A stretch of DNA of 64,000 bases from assembly GCA_964016885.1 (NCBI GenBank), contig OZ024742.1, positions 121,954,001 through 122,018,000 of the forward strand, read 5' to 3'. This document shows, piece by piece, positions 12,051 to 26,709 of the stretch. The DNA comes from Eledone cirrhosa (lineage: Eukaryota). The stretch's first letter is position 1, and each line of letters starts with the position of its first letter. A program made the position numbers and the translations under genes. A model generated the notes under the pieces. The model worked only from the letters and a program-made list of their open reading frames with translations, had not been told where the DNA came from and searched no databases.

Positions 12051-14384
12051 CACTTAGGTTTGGTTGGTTGGTTAAATAATGGGATATTCTTATAGTTGAG
12101 TTTTCTTTAAGCCAGAAACCAGGCTTATGATACAGTTGTTGATAAATTTGAGGCTATTCTTGTAAAGATTTTTATAGTATTTGAGATTATGTCGAAGCTT
12201 TGCGGTAGTAGGCGTTAGCACGTTTTGACTATATTAGATGCTATTTCTAAGATTAAAGGAGAATTAAACTAGCTTATATTACACTTACGAAGTGTTTTAA
12301 TTGATTTTTGAAGTGTTACTAGGTATAAACAGGATTTTGTCATGGACTCTGCTAGATTCACGTGCGTTCATACAATACGGTTTTCATTATTTGAAATGTT
12401 TATACCTGACAAAGTTCTGGGCTTACGGAGGCGAATATTATTGACGGTATTATGTAAGGTTACAGGATATCAAGTTGTGGTCTTTCTGACATATAATCAT
12501 TTTGTATTTGACTTTCTATAAATGCAATACTAACATCTAACCTAATATATATCAAAAACCCCATTATAATAGTGATTGTAATTGCTTACTATATTAATTA
12601 AATACATTAATGAAATACTTCCTGAGCATAAAACTCTGAATATAATTGACTAGAACAATTTTCAATTCTTTACCCGACCTTTAAGACCAGGCATATGGTG
12701 TTATAGCGTTTACTCCACTCTATGTGCTTAGATATCAGCTTAGATTTTTTCATTGCCTCTCTGAACTTGTCCTTTGGGGGTATATAAAACCTTCCCACCG
12801 ATGACTTTGTGAGACAAAGGTATACTAGTTTTCTACTTACCCACCTGTCTGTTTCAGACTATTCTCTGACTACATTCATGAATTATTCAAAGGAGGAAAC
12901 TCAAACAAAAATGACTCGATGTCTGTCCATTTTTCATGACAACGTCTTTGTCTGTTTGTAAGAATACAGGTTATTTCTGCTGTGGGCATCACCCAGTGAC
13001 CCCTCAAAATCTCACAAATTACTACTACTTCTAACGTGAAGACACGTTCTGCCATTGTGAGCCACGCCAAATCTGTTTTATTTATGTTATTTTATTCACT
13101 CGAAAACACGTATGTGTAATTTGGTTTAGTGATATTGTAGTCGTCGTCGATGTCGACATGCATATCCCAACTTTCAAACATGAAAATGTGACTGCCTGTA
13201 ATTTTGAATGTATCTGTTTGTTTCATTGCCATGTTTTACTTTTTATTTTTTTATTTTTTTACATTGGCAAGTTTACATTTTGTAGCAGAAAGAGATGAAG
13301 AAAATTTCCCATAATTCTTGACTGTGGATTTATTAGTGGGCATGAATGGCGAGAACGAAACTAATGGGATTTGATCAGAGAATATCGATTCATGTAACCA
13401 TCCACCACATTAAAATTCCTGTTGAAGAGTATACATGATTACATCGACTCTAATAATTAAGTAACAATAATAATGATTTTTAATATAGAAATAGAAGTCT
13501 AAAATGTATTTTGAGAAAGATCGAACTTATCTTATTGATCCTATTAAGATTCCTCAACTGTGTTTAGCTAAAACCGCAATAAACTGCATAGGATCCATTG
13601 GAAGTAACAGTACATAAAATAAACGTGAAGGAAAAACAAAGCCAATTCACCAATAGGAGCAGAAACCGATGCAGCAATTGCCACGACGGCCACAGAAACC
13701 ACCGCATCAACAAAAATAACCACAGCAACAGCATTTTAAATTAGTTGCAACATCATTAATTTTAGCCAGAGCGATGGCTGCGGAAACATTGCAATTGAAA
13801 TATGAAGAATAGAAAAGGAAAACACACGTCAATAAAAAAAAACAAACAATGGTGATTTGCAATGAATTCTGGGAGACGAGATGCCTTTTCACTGATTTTC
13901 AGAATCGGTGACAAGGTGACCTTGTCCATAATCTCCGTCCTTCCATAGGGAACTGTTAACAAATGAGGAGTGGTAAAAATGTATCCATAAGTACTGCATT
14001 TCATTATCATAAGAATATCTTCAGAAGCGGAAGAGGAGAAAACTGAATTACTTTTGTTGCAGAAGTGTGGTGTGCGCGTTACTCTATGCTTTCAGAACAC
14101 TTAAGGGAGCTTTCAGATATCTGGGCTAGCACCTTGAAATTAGAGAAAGGAAAAGTCTACGGCACCGTTTGCTTTGGCTTCAAAGAGTTGCTTACAAATA
14201 TTGCCACAAACTTTGAGTTCAGACAATTATAATCTTGGTGAGAGATATTCCAAGATAGGGAAGATGGCTGGTAGCTATGGCTCGTATCATAGTTTCCTTC
14301 GCTCTTCTAAGAAAGATAGGGAGTTATGCGTCCTACCTGAAACCTACACTGGCTGTCTAAATCTCTGTCTCGAGCTCGGAGGTT

Positions 14385-14630
14385 TATCAGGTCGGTGCTT
14401 ATCCTGGTTTTCGTGGCGTGAAGCGACTAAGAGCACAATACGTCCTTCTGAATAGGACGCCAGTCCATCACAGGGTTCCCTCAGATGTTGCTGGTACTAA
14501 TTTTCAGCTGAGTATACAACAGCAACATGAAATGATGTATTTTGCTCAAGAACACAACACGCAACCCAATCCAGGAATCGAACCCACGACATTAGGATAT
14601 TCGTTCAACACTCTTTCACCAGGCTACACG
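14385..14630 (-). mobile_element. CORE-like tRNA SINE family B, near full length
   Basis: Minus strand reads gtgtagcctggtg..gtgggttcgattcctgg..gtgttgtgttcttgagcaa..cagctg..gtgatggactggcgtcc..; Pol III B box plus a CORE-like block. Confidence 0.75.
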
Positions 14631-15609
14631 TCTCCAATTCAATGGATGGTTGTAACATATTGAGGTTTATTGAAAACTTTCATGTAGCACGTTGGGGTGT
14701 TAAACTTGGTGGTGGATTAAATCTACAACTCAATAGAAGACTGGAATCAGAATAACAGAGGGCATGGGGAAAATGAAACAGCGGAAAGTAAAGACATGAT
14801 TTTGACTCTTCAATACCTTGTGTACGGGAGGAGTCGTTCTCAATGCGCAATAAATAAGGTTTCCCATATAGCTAGATATATAATTTGAACTTCTGAGGTT
14901 AGAGATTTCTTTGGAACATTACAGAATTCGTGGATAACCGATAAAAGTGTATCTTTGAAAATTCTGTCCGTGAATAAAACTGACGTTTGAGACAATGAGA
15001 GAGCCGATACGTGGTCTCTCAATCAGCTAGTGATATTAGCTAAATCCCACATGGGAAGGAGATATTAGATATATGTCAGTGATATACTGTTTGGAAATAT
15101 GATGTGTTGGCTATGGCTAGAATCTTTTAATGAAAGGTTTAAATGATCACAGCTTATCTGGGAATAAACAATAACATCCCTATCAATAACCGAGAGTCTC
15201 TCTTTACAGTCGCTCGATATGCTAGAAATAGCCTCCAATATCAATAAAAGACGTATGATAGTGGATAATGTAGTATTTGGTATACTTTAATTAGAAAAAA
15301 ATAATAAATTACTATGGCTGAGATACTTCGAAATTATGTCTATTCCATCAGTTGTTTAACCGAAGTTAAGCAACATTAAGTGCAGCAAAAACTGTGAAAG
15401 CAGGGATAGGATTTTGTGAGAGGCGCAAAAAGGAATGTGAAAACCACAAAGTTAGTTAGCGCCTGGAATGGATACTTCTTTTCACGAGCGGGGAAACTAA
15501 GAAAACTCGTTTAAAATACTCTCCGTTACGAACTTTGTCATTTGTATCATACATCCGGGAGTTGCAAACCATAACGCAAAGGAGCAGTCGTTACCACATA
15601 TATTCAATA

Positions 15610-15770
15610 TTACCACAATTACTGTTGAGACCTCCAGATTCCTCAGCACCCGCATTGCCGCCCTCCTCCAACAAATTGGGAGTAGGTTATCTCAACTAAG
15701 GAAGGAAACTTGTGCGCTGGAATGAGTTACTCAACAGTTTTTATCATGGGAACAAATTTGGTATAGTCGA
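15610..15770 (+). mobile_element. CRE-like non-LTR element C-terminal relic
   Basis: ITVETSRFLSTRIAALLQQIGSRLSQLRKE..LE*VTQQ..HGN resembles PxAVETxG..GxRL..QRLSxAxQRGN of the CRE-type restriction-like endonuclease end. Confidence 0.5.
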
Positions 15771-15989
15771 GATAGGCTGTTTGATTTAAGTTCTATAATT
15801 TACCTGCATCTTTTTTGCGCGGTTGGGTAAAGAGTAGCTTCCGCTGTGTACATTTAAAATAAAGAATTATCTCTATAAGTGCAAACATAAATATTTTTAT
15901 ATTTAGAGATGGACATGTTGCCAATTTTTGGCAATAAAAACACACGGAGTATATGACATTTACTTCAGCTTTACTATTAGTAGTTATTG

Positions 15990-16192
15990 ACAGTGGATTA
16001 GCAGTATTGGTAGAGCGCCGGACACCCTGTTTTACAGTATAGAGTTAAACCCTTTACGTTCTGAGATCAAATCCAGTCGAGGTTAGCTTTGCCTTTCACC
16101 CTTACAGTGCCGATAAAATAAAGCACCTGTAATGCACTGAGGTCGATTTAATCGACTTTCCCCTCCTCTTCAAATTAGAAAGAATTATTATT
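15990..16192 (+). mobile_element. SINE family A, near full length
   Basis: gtggattagcagtattggtagagcgccggac..gagatcaaatcc..ctttgcctttcaccc..ttagaaagaattattatt. Confidence 0.85.
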
Positions 16193-18589
16193 AGTTAGTG
16201 GTCATATCAACAAAGCTCTTCTGTCACCTATTTTTGACCTCCTCAATGACGATTTGACCTTTTTTCCGAGCCTCATCTTCTTTCTTTTCGTAATTTCTTT
16301 ACTACACAAATATAACAATATCTGTTTCAACACATGATTTCACATCTAGAGTCTTACAAAGTGAACACATAAACGTATAAAAATAAAATGTTACATGTAA
16401 AACCAGCCATAATGAGTAACACGAAAAGTATTACATTGATTAATATATCTAGTTTCATGCTTCTATGTAAATTTTGGTATTGTCAATCCTTAATGCAATG
16501 TCATATAAGAACTTACAGTCGATAATGTCTATACAGATTGTTTTAGAATATTGAACAAATTTGCAACAAATTCAATTGTTTTATTTGCTATTGAGTGGTG
16601 CTTGGCTTAACCTAAACATCTTGAGATTATGAATGGCTTCAAATTAGTACTTATATAATGAACTAATTAATTTTATTAAAAACATAGTTCATTAATGTAT
16701 ATCTGATAAGGCAGTAACAGTAGTAGTAGTAGTATTAGGGAATGAAGTGTCAGAAATGAAGAGTGGTGACACGTAATTTCAACTCTAGGTTTACAGATTA
16801 AATCTTGCCGAGTTCAACATTGGCTTCCATCCTTCAAAGGAGTGCCAGTCATATACCTAAGGCAGGTATTCTCCAATATCTCAATTCCCCAAATATGAGG
16901 TTTTGTGTCTAACCTAGAAATCAATATCTAAAACAATTATAAGAACTGCGGATTGTAGCATAAGTAGAACTATTTAGTTATGTGCCTTTATGTTCTGAGA
17001 TTAAATTTTATCAGAGACGTTCATCTCATCTGGGTTGATAACTAAATACCAGTAATATTGGGTGATATAATCTGTAGATTTGAGCCGATGGTAACATGCA
17101 TTAATATCTATCGATTACTATTATTTTGATACGTAGTTCAGTACTTATAATGTTGCTAATATTTAATTATACCCCTTTTCTGTTGTAGTAGAAATATGGC
17201 AGTAAATATTTTCAGAAGTGACCATCCTGTCCTATTGTGAATTATATTGTATTTTTTCAAGTTCTATGATAAAATATATTCTTATTTTATTTCGAAAGTA
17301 TTGTGTCGTTTGAGGGACTTGTCTAGTATTTCTAGAAAGTCTGAAGATGCTGCATAGAAGATTCCTCAATTATGAAAATACCCAATACTTACAATAAAAG
17401 AGCATACTCTATTAATATAATATTAGACTGTCTATTATGAAACTAAATATTGCCATTCGTGCTTGGAGACGTAATTTCTAAAGCAGTTTTACTATTTTTG
17501 ATCAACATGAGGAATGAAGTAAGAATTATTACTATATCATACAACTTTTATTAGTAACCAAATTTATAGATCTTGTTCATGTTAAATTAGAGCGAAATAT
17601 TTGAAAATGTGTAAATATATCTGAATTCAATTTGGTATGAAATCTATGAAAATGATAACAGAAAGTTCTGAGAGAAAATCGAAGTTTGAAATTGGGAAAC
17701 GAATCTATTGGAGTATAGGATTCATAGTAAGCAAATGACGACACCGAGATGTTAGGAAATAAAATAAAAAGAAAAAACTGCTTTTTAAAATACTTTCGAT
17801 TTTGTGGTGCTAAGAAGAAGAAAAATAGTTTTTGATGCAACATTAAGATCCTCAATGTTTATACAACTAAATCTATAGATACGAAATATTTTTTCAAGTT
17901 AGTCCTATAAAATGTATGATTTAAAGAACTGAGCACATTAAAAATGTTTTATTTTCGGGTGTTTTCTTTATTGTAAAATTCTTCTGAATTTATGTTGGTC
18001 TGCGAGAATATTTGTTTTATTAAACATATAACAAAACTGCATCAACCATCTTACACAGAAAATAACATAAAAAAGAGATGCAGTAAATGCTACGTAAGCA
18101 ATAAAGGTAAAGCAACAATTGAGAGTATTTCTGTCTATAGTAAGTACAAAGAAGTTTTAGATAATGAGAAAGCAATATATATTTTTGACTTGGCACCAAA
18201 GCAACTTTTCTAGGGAATACGATAGAATTGATTGAATTCAATACAATATATTAATGGGTCTTATTTTATTTACTCCACTCCGGAGATTTAAAGAAAAACA
18301 AACGAACAAATTAGAGGGGCCTGGAAATCTGTGGCGCAGAATCGGGATGATAGAAAAGTAAATACCGTAAGGTAATTATGTTCGGGACTCTACCTCTGCC
18401 AACACAGCGTTGTAATCGGAAAACGAATAAAAAAAAAGCCTATTTGGTACAAGTTTATTTTTTGTAAAAGGGGAATGGGCACAAATTACTCTAACTCAGT
18501 ATATAGGAGATAAAATGTTATCAACTAGTTTAGAATGGAAACCTAATATATTCGGCCGCAAACCCAAGCACTACCACCCACAGTACAGA

Positions 18590-18940
18590 GCAGAGGAAAA
18601 TTGCCAAATACCGGGGTTGTTTTTTACGCCAGTTGCCGTCGAGACTTCAGTTATACTAGGTCCCTGAACTGCCATTTCCTCCCGGAAAATCGGGAAAAAT
18701 GGTAGTATGCTTATGGAAGGAGCTTTGTGAGGCGGAGTGACTGGCCGATCTCCATGGTAATGCCTTCGCCATTTTGTCCGAACTGTGAGATACCTCTCTG
18801 ACGAGAGAGTATCTGACGCTCCCGCCCGCTCTTCTGTTTACTTTCGATGTTTAATTTCTGATTTCATTTTATTTCTTTTCGTTTTCCGCTATTCTTTATT
18901 TCCTTATTGCTTTATATGAATTTTTTTGTAAATAAAAACT
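18590..18940 (+). mobile_element. CRE-like non-LTR element 3' end
   Basis: FTPVAVETSVILGP*TAISSRKIG followed by DLHGNAFAILSEL*, then a T-rich UTR ending in AATAAA. Confidence 0.6.
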
Positions 18941-19849
18941 ATTTTTACTCTACATACTGCTAAACACTGCAAACACTTGGTTCAATTCCCTATTTATCTT
19001 TCTATACTCTACCGAAAAATCTATAGAAACATAGTGTATCACACGACCTGTTAAAAATAAACTCCAAATGCTCATGACGCAACACTTTCGTTTAATTTAA
19101 AATAGAGTCTATATTTGATAATGCAAGGTAGCAATCTAGTAGAAGCATGGGAAGAGCGAATGAAAGACCTAGTGATATATATTCCGGTTCTTTATATTCA
19201 AATGTCAAGTCCCACTGGGGTCAACGGTGGTTTGCATTATTTTTAATTCGATAAATATAACACTAATCGTAAACAGTGTGCTGTGGAATGTAGAATACGC
19301 ATCCAAAATATGACAAAAGGATTTTAAACTAGTATAGTTAATACGAAGCATTGTGAGGTATGTAATAAATGACTGATAAGTTTCAGAAAACTGGTAAAAG
19401 GCGGTAGAAATATATAAAGGAAAAAGTATGAAAAATAAAACAAACAAAACTAACTCATGTGTCACCCAGTATATTTCTTCATAATAGTTCAGGGTTTTAC
19501 CCTCTTTTCAAATTTAAAACGAAAACGGTTGAAACATTGTTTACGACAAATACCTGGAGATGAGGATCAAATATACACGGCAAACACATAAAAACAACCT
19601 TCGTGGACCAGCACATCTCACCTTTGACACCCACAGACAATGTAGTAGATGTGTTGATACGAAAAACAATCAGTAATATCCACTGGATATGATATTATAA
19701 CTGACAGAAACCATTCTCGTACATAATACCGTCTTCCTGATTTGGTGGAGAAAGGAGCAGTAAGTGAACCATAGACAGAATGATTCTCAACAGAAACCAT
19801 TCGCAGAATTTATATGGCAAAAATATACTAATGACTAAGACAAGCAGCA

Positions 19850-21400
19850 ACTCAGTTGATGTTCAATTAAGTGGTTAATACATTGAGCCAGGAGTGGGGT
19901 TATCATATTTATTGTGATGCAATTCTAAGGGAGGTGACGTTACATTTGTAGAGATATGACTAGACTCCGGAACTCATTGAATGCATGTGATATTGTGTCA
20001 GTCGAATTGATTAGCTGCGTCCCGAAAGTCGTACCGTCTTCAAAGTAAGTTCGAGGCAATAGAAAAAAGATGGGTTGGTGTCACCAAAGAAGTTATTGCA
20101 GGTAAAATCCATGAAATAACAGCAGTGGCGAGTCCTACGAGTGATTTTGTCTACAACATGGTATGATACTTAGTCAAAAGAAATTTCCGAAGAGTAGAGC
20201 AATTCGTTTTCAGAAAGAGTTGGGGGATAATAAATCAGGTGCAACTTGCGGATCATCTTTGTCAGTATCTCTCTTTTGATTTTCAGGTAATCTTACACGG
20301 TTTTGAGAGAATCGGTTAACTGTGATATATACCATCTCCTCGGGTCCAGTCCCAGTTCAGTCAGAATGTATAGAACGTAGCAGACTTTAGCTTTCCTCGT
20401 AGTTTATGTACATATGTCACTACTGAGTTTATCTCACGACCAAGTAGCGATACTAATGGAAATAAATTGGCTAGGTTATTTATGTCGTGCTGAATTCGAC
20501 CTATATCTCTGTCTTAGGACCTCCATTTAACAGACGCTGAACAGTGAATGAATATCAACAAAGTCTAACGCTAAGAAAAGCGGTCATCTCACTGTACACT
20601 GGCGATTGATATATCGATGATGCTAGAAGCGATTCGCATGGAAGTCATCCCATGCGAAAGAGAGGCTAGGAGGATTATTTAAGGGCCTCCATATCTCTGA
20701 CACTCTAAGTTATGATTACGCTTAACGCTAATAAAACATTTTTGCAAGTTCAACTTTAAAAGAAAGTGTGGGTAATCAGGTATGGTTATATTTACTGAAG
20801 CCTATAGGTAGGTGAGCGACTGCTTCAAATCTGCATTGGATATCAATACCGAGTTGGACAGGATGCAATTCTTTGTTTAGTGCGCCCATACGTGGTTTCC
20901 AGACTGTTGTAACTGCGAGTGGTCAGAATACGCTATCGACTACTAAGAGAAGGAAAATAGAATGGGAAAAAGTTTATGTTCATAGTAATGGAAGGTAGGA
21001 TTTGAAGAGGCTGTGTAAGGAAGCAATGATCTACTGAAGCAGACGTTAGCCGGTTTCAGTGGTACCTGGTAAAGTTACGTCATTGAGCTGGCCTGATCGC
21101 AAATTATCCACAGCTTTACTGTTGCAAACTATGAAAGAATTCAGAACAGCAATTAAATCTTCTTTGGCAGTGATTCTGAAGATTATCAGTATTGGGTGCT
21201 ATTATTGTCCTGGTATTGGCCTGGGCATGCAAGCGCTTTAGTTGGTACTTCTTTAGAATTTCGATTGGTGGAAGGAGGACTGTGTCATCTTTACAGTGTA
21301 ATGATATTTCTTGTGAACCTTGATCCGAAAGAGGTGTACAACTATCTTTTTGTTAACTGGGATATCAATGGCCAAGTTAGAGGCTGAGGCTCAAGGAGCT
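19850..21400 (+). pseudogene. Possible heavily decayed CRE-like LINE body
   Basis: Less AT-rich segment with *YIDD at ~20608 (cf. WYLDD), EFRTAIKSSL, SALVGTSLEFRLVEGGLC and LFVNWDIN in the order expected for CRE RT then RLE; many stops. Confidence 0.35.
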
Positions 21401-24400
21401 TTCCATAGGCACATACTATGATGTCGAGCCTGCTAAAAAATGGGAGCATTTCCATTGTTTTCAGAAATCCGATGCACGTTTTGCCAACTTAACGCAAAAA
21501 AGTTTTAAAGGATTATAACAGTTTGAAAAGATTCTTATTTTTCTCGGCTATTATATCTTCTTCATAGAATGACGATATCAATGTATTTCATTTACTTCAC
21601 AGGTGTATCTCACCGAGCGAATATTGTAAGAATGTCGACAGATGGGTCAATATCACATGTATCATCGTTAATTGACTGTGATATTTAAAGATAAAATATT
21701 TATTTCTCACTCAGCTCTATATAGATATGTATATTTCATATAAAGAAGGAGCATTGCTGTTCATAAGATTTTCTTTAGCTTTTAGAAATCAGTTTAATCT
21801 ATCAGAGCCGAATGACACCAGAAACCTGTCCAGTGACATTTACCATTAGCACAGCAAAGCAACTTCAATATGATTGAAACTGATTTATTGAGTACTTCAT
21901 AAAGAAATCTCCATTGTTGGTTAACAGGTAAATAACGATCAAATGGAGTTTTATTGATCTAGCAGACATCGAAATTTACCATAAAGAGAACGTTTATTAT
22001 TCAATTAATTGTGATTAATCTATTTCATACAGAAGGATTTTGTTGGTTTATTTTCGATTTGAGAATAAGCTTGAATATGAGGTGAGAACAAATTTATAGG
22101 ACGAAGTACATAAAACATTTGTAAGTAATGTAATGTTCACTTGGAACAAAGAAAAAATTAAACAAGAACATAATACATCTTTCTACTTTTTGTTTTCCGT
22201 TTTCGGGAAAACGCATTAGTATAACGAGATAAACACAAAGGAATGATTCAGTGTTGAAGGTAAAATAATTGGAAATAACAAAATGAAAAACAGAAAATTC
22301 TTTGATTTCATACAATCACTGCGGCGGATATATCCTTAGTTTAGTTTATGGGAAAGGAGAACTGCGATTGACAAAAACACTTGAAGGACACATTTTATTC
22401 GACTGGAATTTCAGAATATAATTTAATTAGTAGATAATATATTAGTCGTGTGGTACTAAACATGCGCAAAAATCTATGGTTTGAAACAATGAGTTTAATG
22501 TCTTAAGTAATTATCAGAATTACCAACAGGGAAAATCAATTGAAATTTCGACGTTTATAGCTCATTATTCTTCATGTAATGTGACTGACATTTTTTCAAG
22601 AATGATGGTGGGTAGAGAGAACATCTCTCAGTTAATGTGTAAAACAGCTTGGCGCTCATTTATATCTTTATATCAATAAATTCAGTCTTTATCACTTTAT
22701 AACCATGTCATTCCCATGGTACATTGTATATATCAATTTAAGGTAAATCTGTATACACTCTTTCTATTTACATCATTATTCTTGGGCATTAATTAAAAAC
22801 GATACCTTTAATTTCTTTATTGCTTAACAAGTGTTTTAGCTTCTGTTAAACATAAAAAACCTAATGTTTCTGGCAGATATACGAACGGAAATAATACAAC
22901 GAAGATAAGTAATTCTTGAAATTTCTTTTGGTAACACATGAGTCGACCAGGCTATTTCAACAATTGTTGTATTGCTGTTATGTCTATAGATTTTATTAGA
23001 CAGTTTCATTTTCGATGAAAGAAATGCCAGGACCATGAATACCTAACAAATACCTTATTAGTAAGATAAAAATAAATGGTGGTGTTACACAACTTTTCGC
23101 ACAGCTGGAAATTAGTTCTCTATTGAAAAAAAAAAAAAATGCATCTACCCGAAGGAATAGCATTGGTGAAATTGCATTCATCCTATCATCAATATTTTTT
23201 AATGTTTATTTTGGAAATTATTTATAATTTATTTAATTTACTTTTCTTGTTCCATTGTAATTCTCTTTCATGGCACTCCTAGTGAATGTGATTATCGATG
23301 ATTGTCTTCTAATGATATAGAATAGTTAAATTTAGGTTTACTTTAATGCATACATATATGGGGATTGAGAACGCGATACATGGTTCTAGATACAGCGGCA
23401 TGGCTAAGATGGGCATCAGCATGAATACTGTTGCAGTATGCATCTTCTGTTCGGTATTCAGTGAATAAGGACGTTTGGTGTCATTGCCTTTTTCTGTGTC
23501 TCCTGATATGGCATACGTTCATCCTCAATATTACACTTCTGTTGTTATTATATACTTAATCAAATATGTGTGCGAATATGAATAACATTCAATAGTAGTT
23601 AACATCTTTCGCGAGACTATATGATTATCATGTGGTGTAAAGAGACTGAGATTGCAAGACGTCGATTGACTGGGTGCCAGGTGTTGTAAGTTTGCACCCC
23701 ACCTGATGTTGGTATTCATTTTCAGTGACGTATTTTAATGTAGAATCTAGTCTTAATCCAGTAAGGTGTGAGAGGGACGTTTAGTATTAAGCAGTGGTTA
23801 TTAGCTCGGTGTGGGGTTGAAGCGTTGAACACATTTAATGCAGTTTTGTAAATATCTTCTTCGTATCTACCCCAGCTTTTTGCAGGTGAATCCAGGTTTA
23901 ATATCTTCAAACTAACACAGTTGTTAAAAGGGTGCGGAGGAAAACGATCTACATTAGTTGGGGACTGTTGGACCACTTACTCTTCAAGAACCGCTGAGTT
24001 GCTTCCGTTTGTTGTTTATCTCAAAATTATTCATATAAATTATATTTCTCTTATTAAGTTAATGTATTGCGTTATAATAATTTATATCTTCCTCCTCCTC
24101 CTCCTCCTCCTCCTTTAACAGGTTTATTAAACACGTAATGTGTGTCATTTTACTGCACAATGGTTTGAGAGACAAAAACAGTTTAACATAGAGACTAAAT
24201 AAATATTTTGTTGTTGATAATTAGCCGCTGATCATCCCTCTTTAAGTAGATCTATGATCTCAAATTTGCCTCAGATATAAGTGCATCTCGGTCTACATTA
24301 TTCAAACCCTTTAAAAAAAAAACTATAGTATAAAATATTTGAGATATTTTACTGTTTTCTCTGACCGATTACACGACCATATCAAATCTACGTTATTGCC

Positions 24401-25119
24401 TCCATTTATATAGACTTTCATGATAATGACGACAATTGCTCAAGATAACGATTACAATTGCCCGAAGACGGTTACAATTTGCAGGGTATTGCTGGAAAAG
24501 TAGGCAGGAAGATATACACAAGCTACTATTGGGTGAACTAACTCATGGGAGACGCAATAGATACAAACAAAAGTCGCAGAAGATACAAACCTCAGTAGGG
24601 AGCAGTTGCTAGGAGCAATGGAAAATCGTGAATTGTGGAGAGAATTTGTAAGGAGTGTTCGGCTGTGGTCGCAAAGATGATGTAGTCTTTAACATTCGGA
24701 GGTGGAAGGTTTAATAAGAACTTAGTAAAAACGCAAATATTTCGGTAAAATTACATCAATAATCTATTCGTTTTAATATCAACGTCCAAAGTATATATTT
24801 CTTAATACAAAATATACATTTATAGATTTGTTAGCACTCATTATTTATGTTTATGGTTTGAGAAGTTTCTTTACCTCTTTCTCATTTACATACGCTTTAA
24901 TATTTTGACAGAGTAAACAGGTGGGCCCCATGTTTTCTTTTTTATCATTATACAAATCCTAAATTTTCTTAAAGCTAGGGGCGAACAGAATTAGTAAGTA
25001 ATATGTCAAAAAATGTTACAGAATGCAGTTTACATATCTATTCTTCAGCAGTAGAAGTATTGATAAATCTAAACTCTAGGCTTAAAACACATCCCTAGAT
25101 TGCGATACTATATCTATGA

Positions 25120-26170
25120 TAAGTAAAACCTTACATAACCAATCCCAAAAGCAGCTGAATAGGGAAGAAATAAAAGGAAAATTTATTTAACTGGTTAAGA
25201 AGAGCTGGACTGAAAACCGAGACGTAAGGATTTTAATCGCAGCACAAGATCAAATCCTCTCAACTAGACACCACTAAAGGTGCATAATGCTGCATAACAT
25301 ATTAAGAAAGTACAGAATATGTGATGACGGAGAATAACCAATTAATTATATTGTCTCTGGCTATCCATTGTTTGCCAAAAAGAATATATCCACAGATATG
25401 ATGGAATAGGGATTTAGGCAGACCGAAACTTATGCTAGCTTCATGAAATATCAACATAAAAGAGGTGCTATAGGCATACCCGAGAAAGGGTATCAACGAA
25501 TTAAAACATAGCCAGGGATATACCAATATATGATACCAATCAACAAAATAATTTAGTCAAAACCACATAGAAAAGAAATGATTTCTCATTGACGTAGCCA
25601 TCTCCATAGACAGCAATTCATATCTAACAAAACAAATATAAAGATATGGACGTAGAAATAACCCCAATATATATGATGCCTTCACAAGTCGTGTGGCTGA
25701 ATGGTTAGAGAATTGGATTCACAATCCTGAGGTTGTGAGTTCGATTCCTGGACCGGGCGATGCGTTATGTCGTTGAGCAAGGCACTTTATTTCATGCTGT
25801 TCCTTCTACCTGGAGTTGCGAACGATAGATAGTACTAGCAATTGAAAAAACCAACGGAAACATTGTTTCCTCGGTCCGATTTGACGAAAGTCGATCGCTA
25901 TATATATATATATATATATATAATGCAATGTCAAAAACACAATGATAATAGATGTTATGTAGATGATACGAATACAAGGCTTACAAAAATATACAACATA
26001 CGGAACATAGCACGTCTAGGCGTTGCAGACTTATTACAAAGAGAAAATTCAATATAAACAACACCCAAAATATAACAACACCCAAATATAAACAACACCC
26101 AAAACAACACAGCATATACGCAAGGCACAATTGACTGCGCTTCATCTTTAGGTGAGAGTACTGAACGTAA
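25120..26170 (+). mobile_element. R4/Dong-clade LINE C-terminal fragment (zinc knuckle/RLE), interrupted
   Basis: WLRRAGLKTET*GF, IAAQDQILSTR, KYRICDDGE..YIVSGYP, EYIHRYD, LIDVAI, KYKDMDVEI and IARLGVADLLQR; a SINE is inserted at ~25691. Confidence 0.8.
25691..25821 (+). mobile_element. CORE-like tRNA SINE family B, 5' part
   Basis: A box TGGCTGAATGG, B box GTTCGATTCC, then gtcgttgagcaaggcactttatttca. Confidence 0.8.
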
Positions 26171-26274
26171 ATAAGGTTAAGGATAATAAAAATGATGAAG
26201 ACAATGATGGCGACGATGATAATAAAAACGATGACGACGAGGACAATGACAACGACGACAATAATGATAATAAT

Positions 26275-26690
26275 AATGGTTTCTAATTTAGGCACAAGGC
26301 CAGCAAATTTTAGGGGGAGGGGTAAGTCCATTAAATCGATTCTAGTGCGTGACTGGTACTTTATTTTATCGACCCTGTAAAGATGAAAGTTAAAGCTAAC
26401 CTCACCAGGATTTGAATCCAGAACGTAAAAAGCCGTAACTCTATGCTGCAAAGCATGTTGTCCGTTGCTCTACCGATACTGCCAATTCACCACCATTAAT
26501 GGTTTCTGATTTAGGCACAAAGCCAGCAATTTTGAGAGGTGAGGGTAAACTCAATTAACTCGACCCAGTGCGTGACTGGTACTTTTATCGAACTTGGCAG
26601 GATTTAAATTCAGAACATAAAGGGCCGTAACTCAATGATACAAAGAATTTTGTCCGACGCTCTAACAATTCTACCAATCCACCGCTCTAT
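26275..26690 (-). mobile_element. Two tandem SINE family A copies
   Basis: Two units, each starting ggtttct.atttaggcacaa.gccagcaa and ending ccaat.cacc. Confidence 0.85.
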
Positions 26691-26709
26691 GATGATAATA
26701 ATAATAATA

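Noticed and set aside
25691-25765. tRNA-like sequences (also 38458, 44184, 57218)
   Set aside because: A and B boxes are present, but there is no complete cloverleaf and they continue into SINE bodies.
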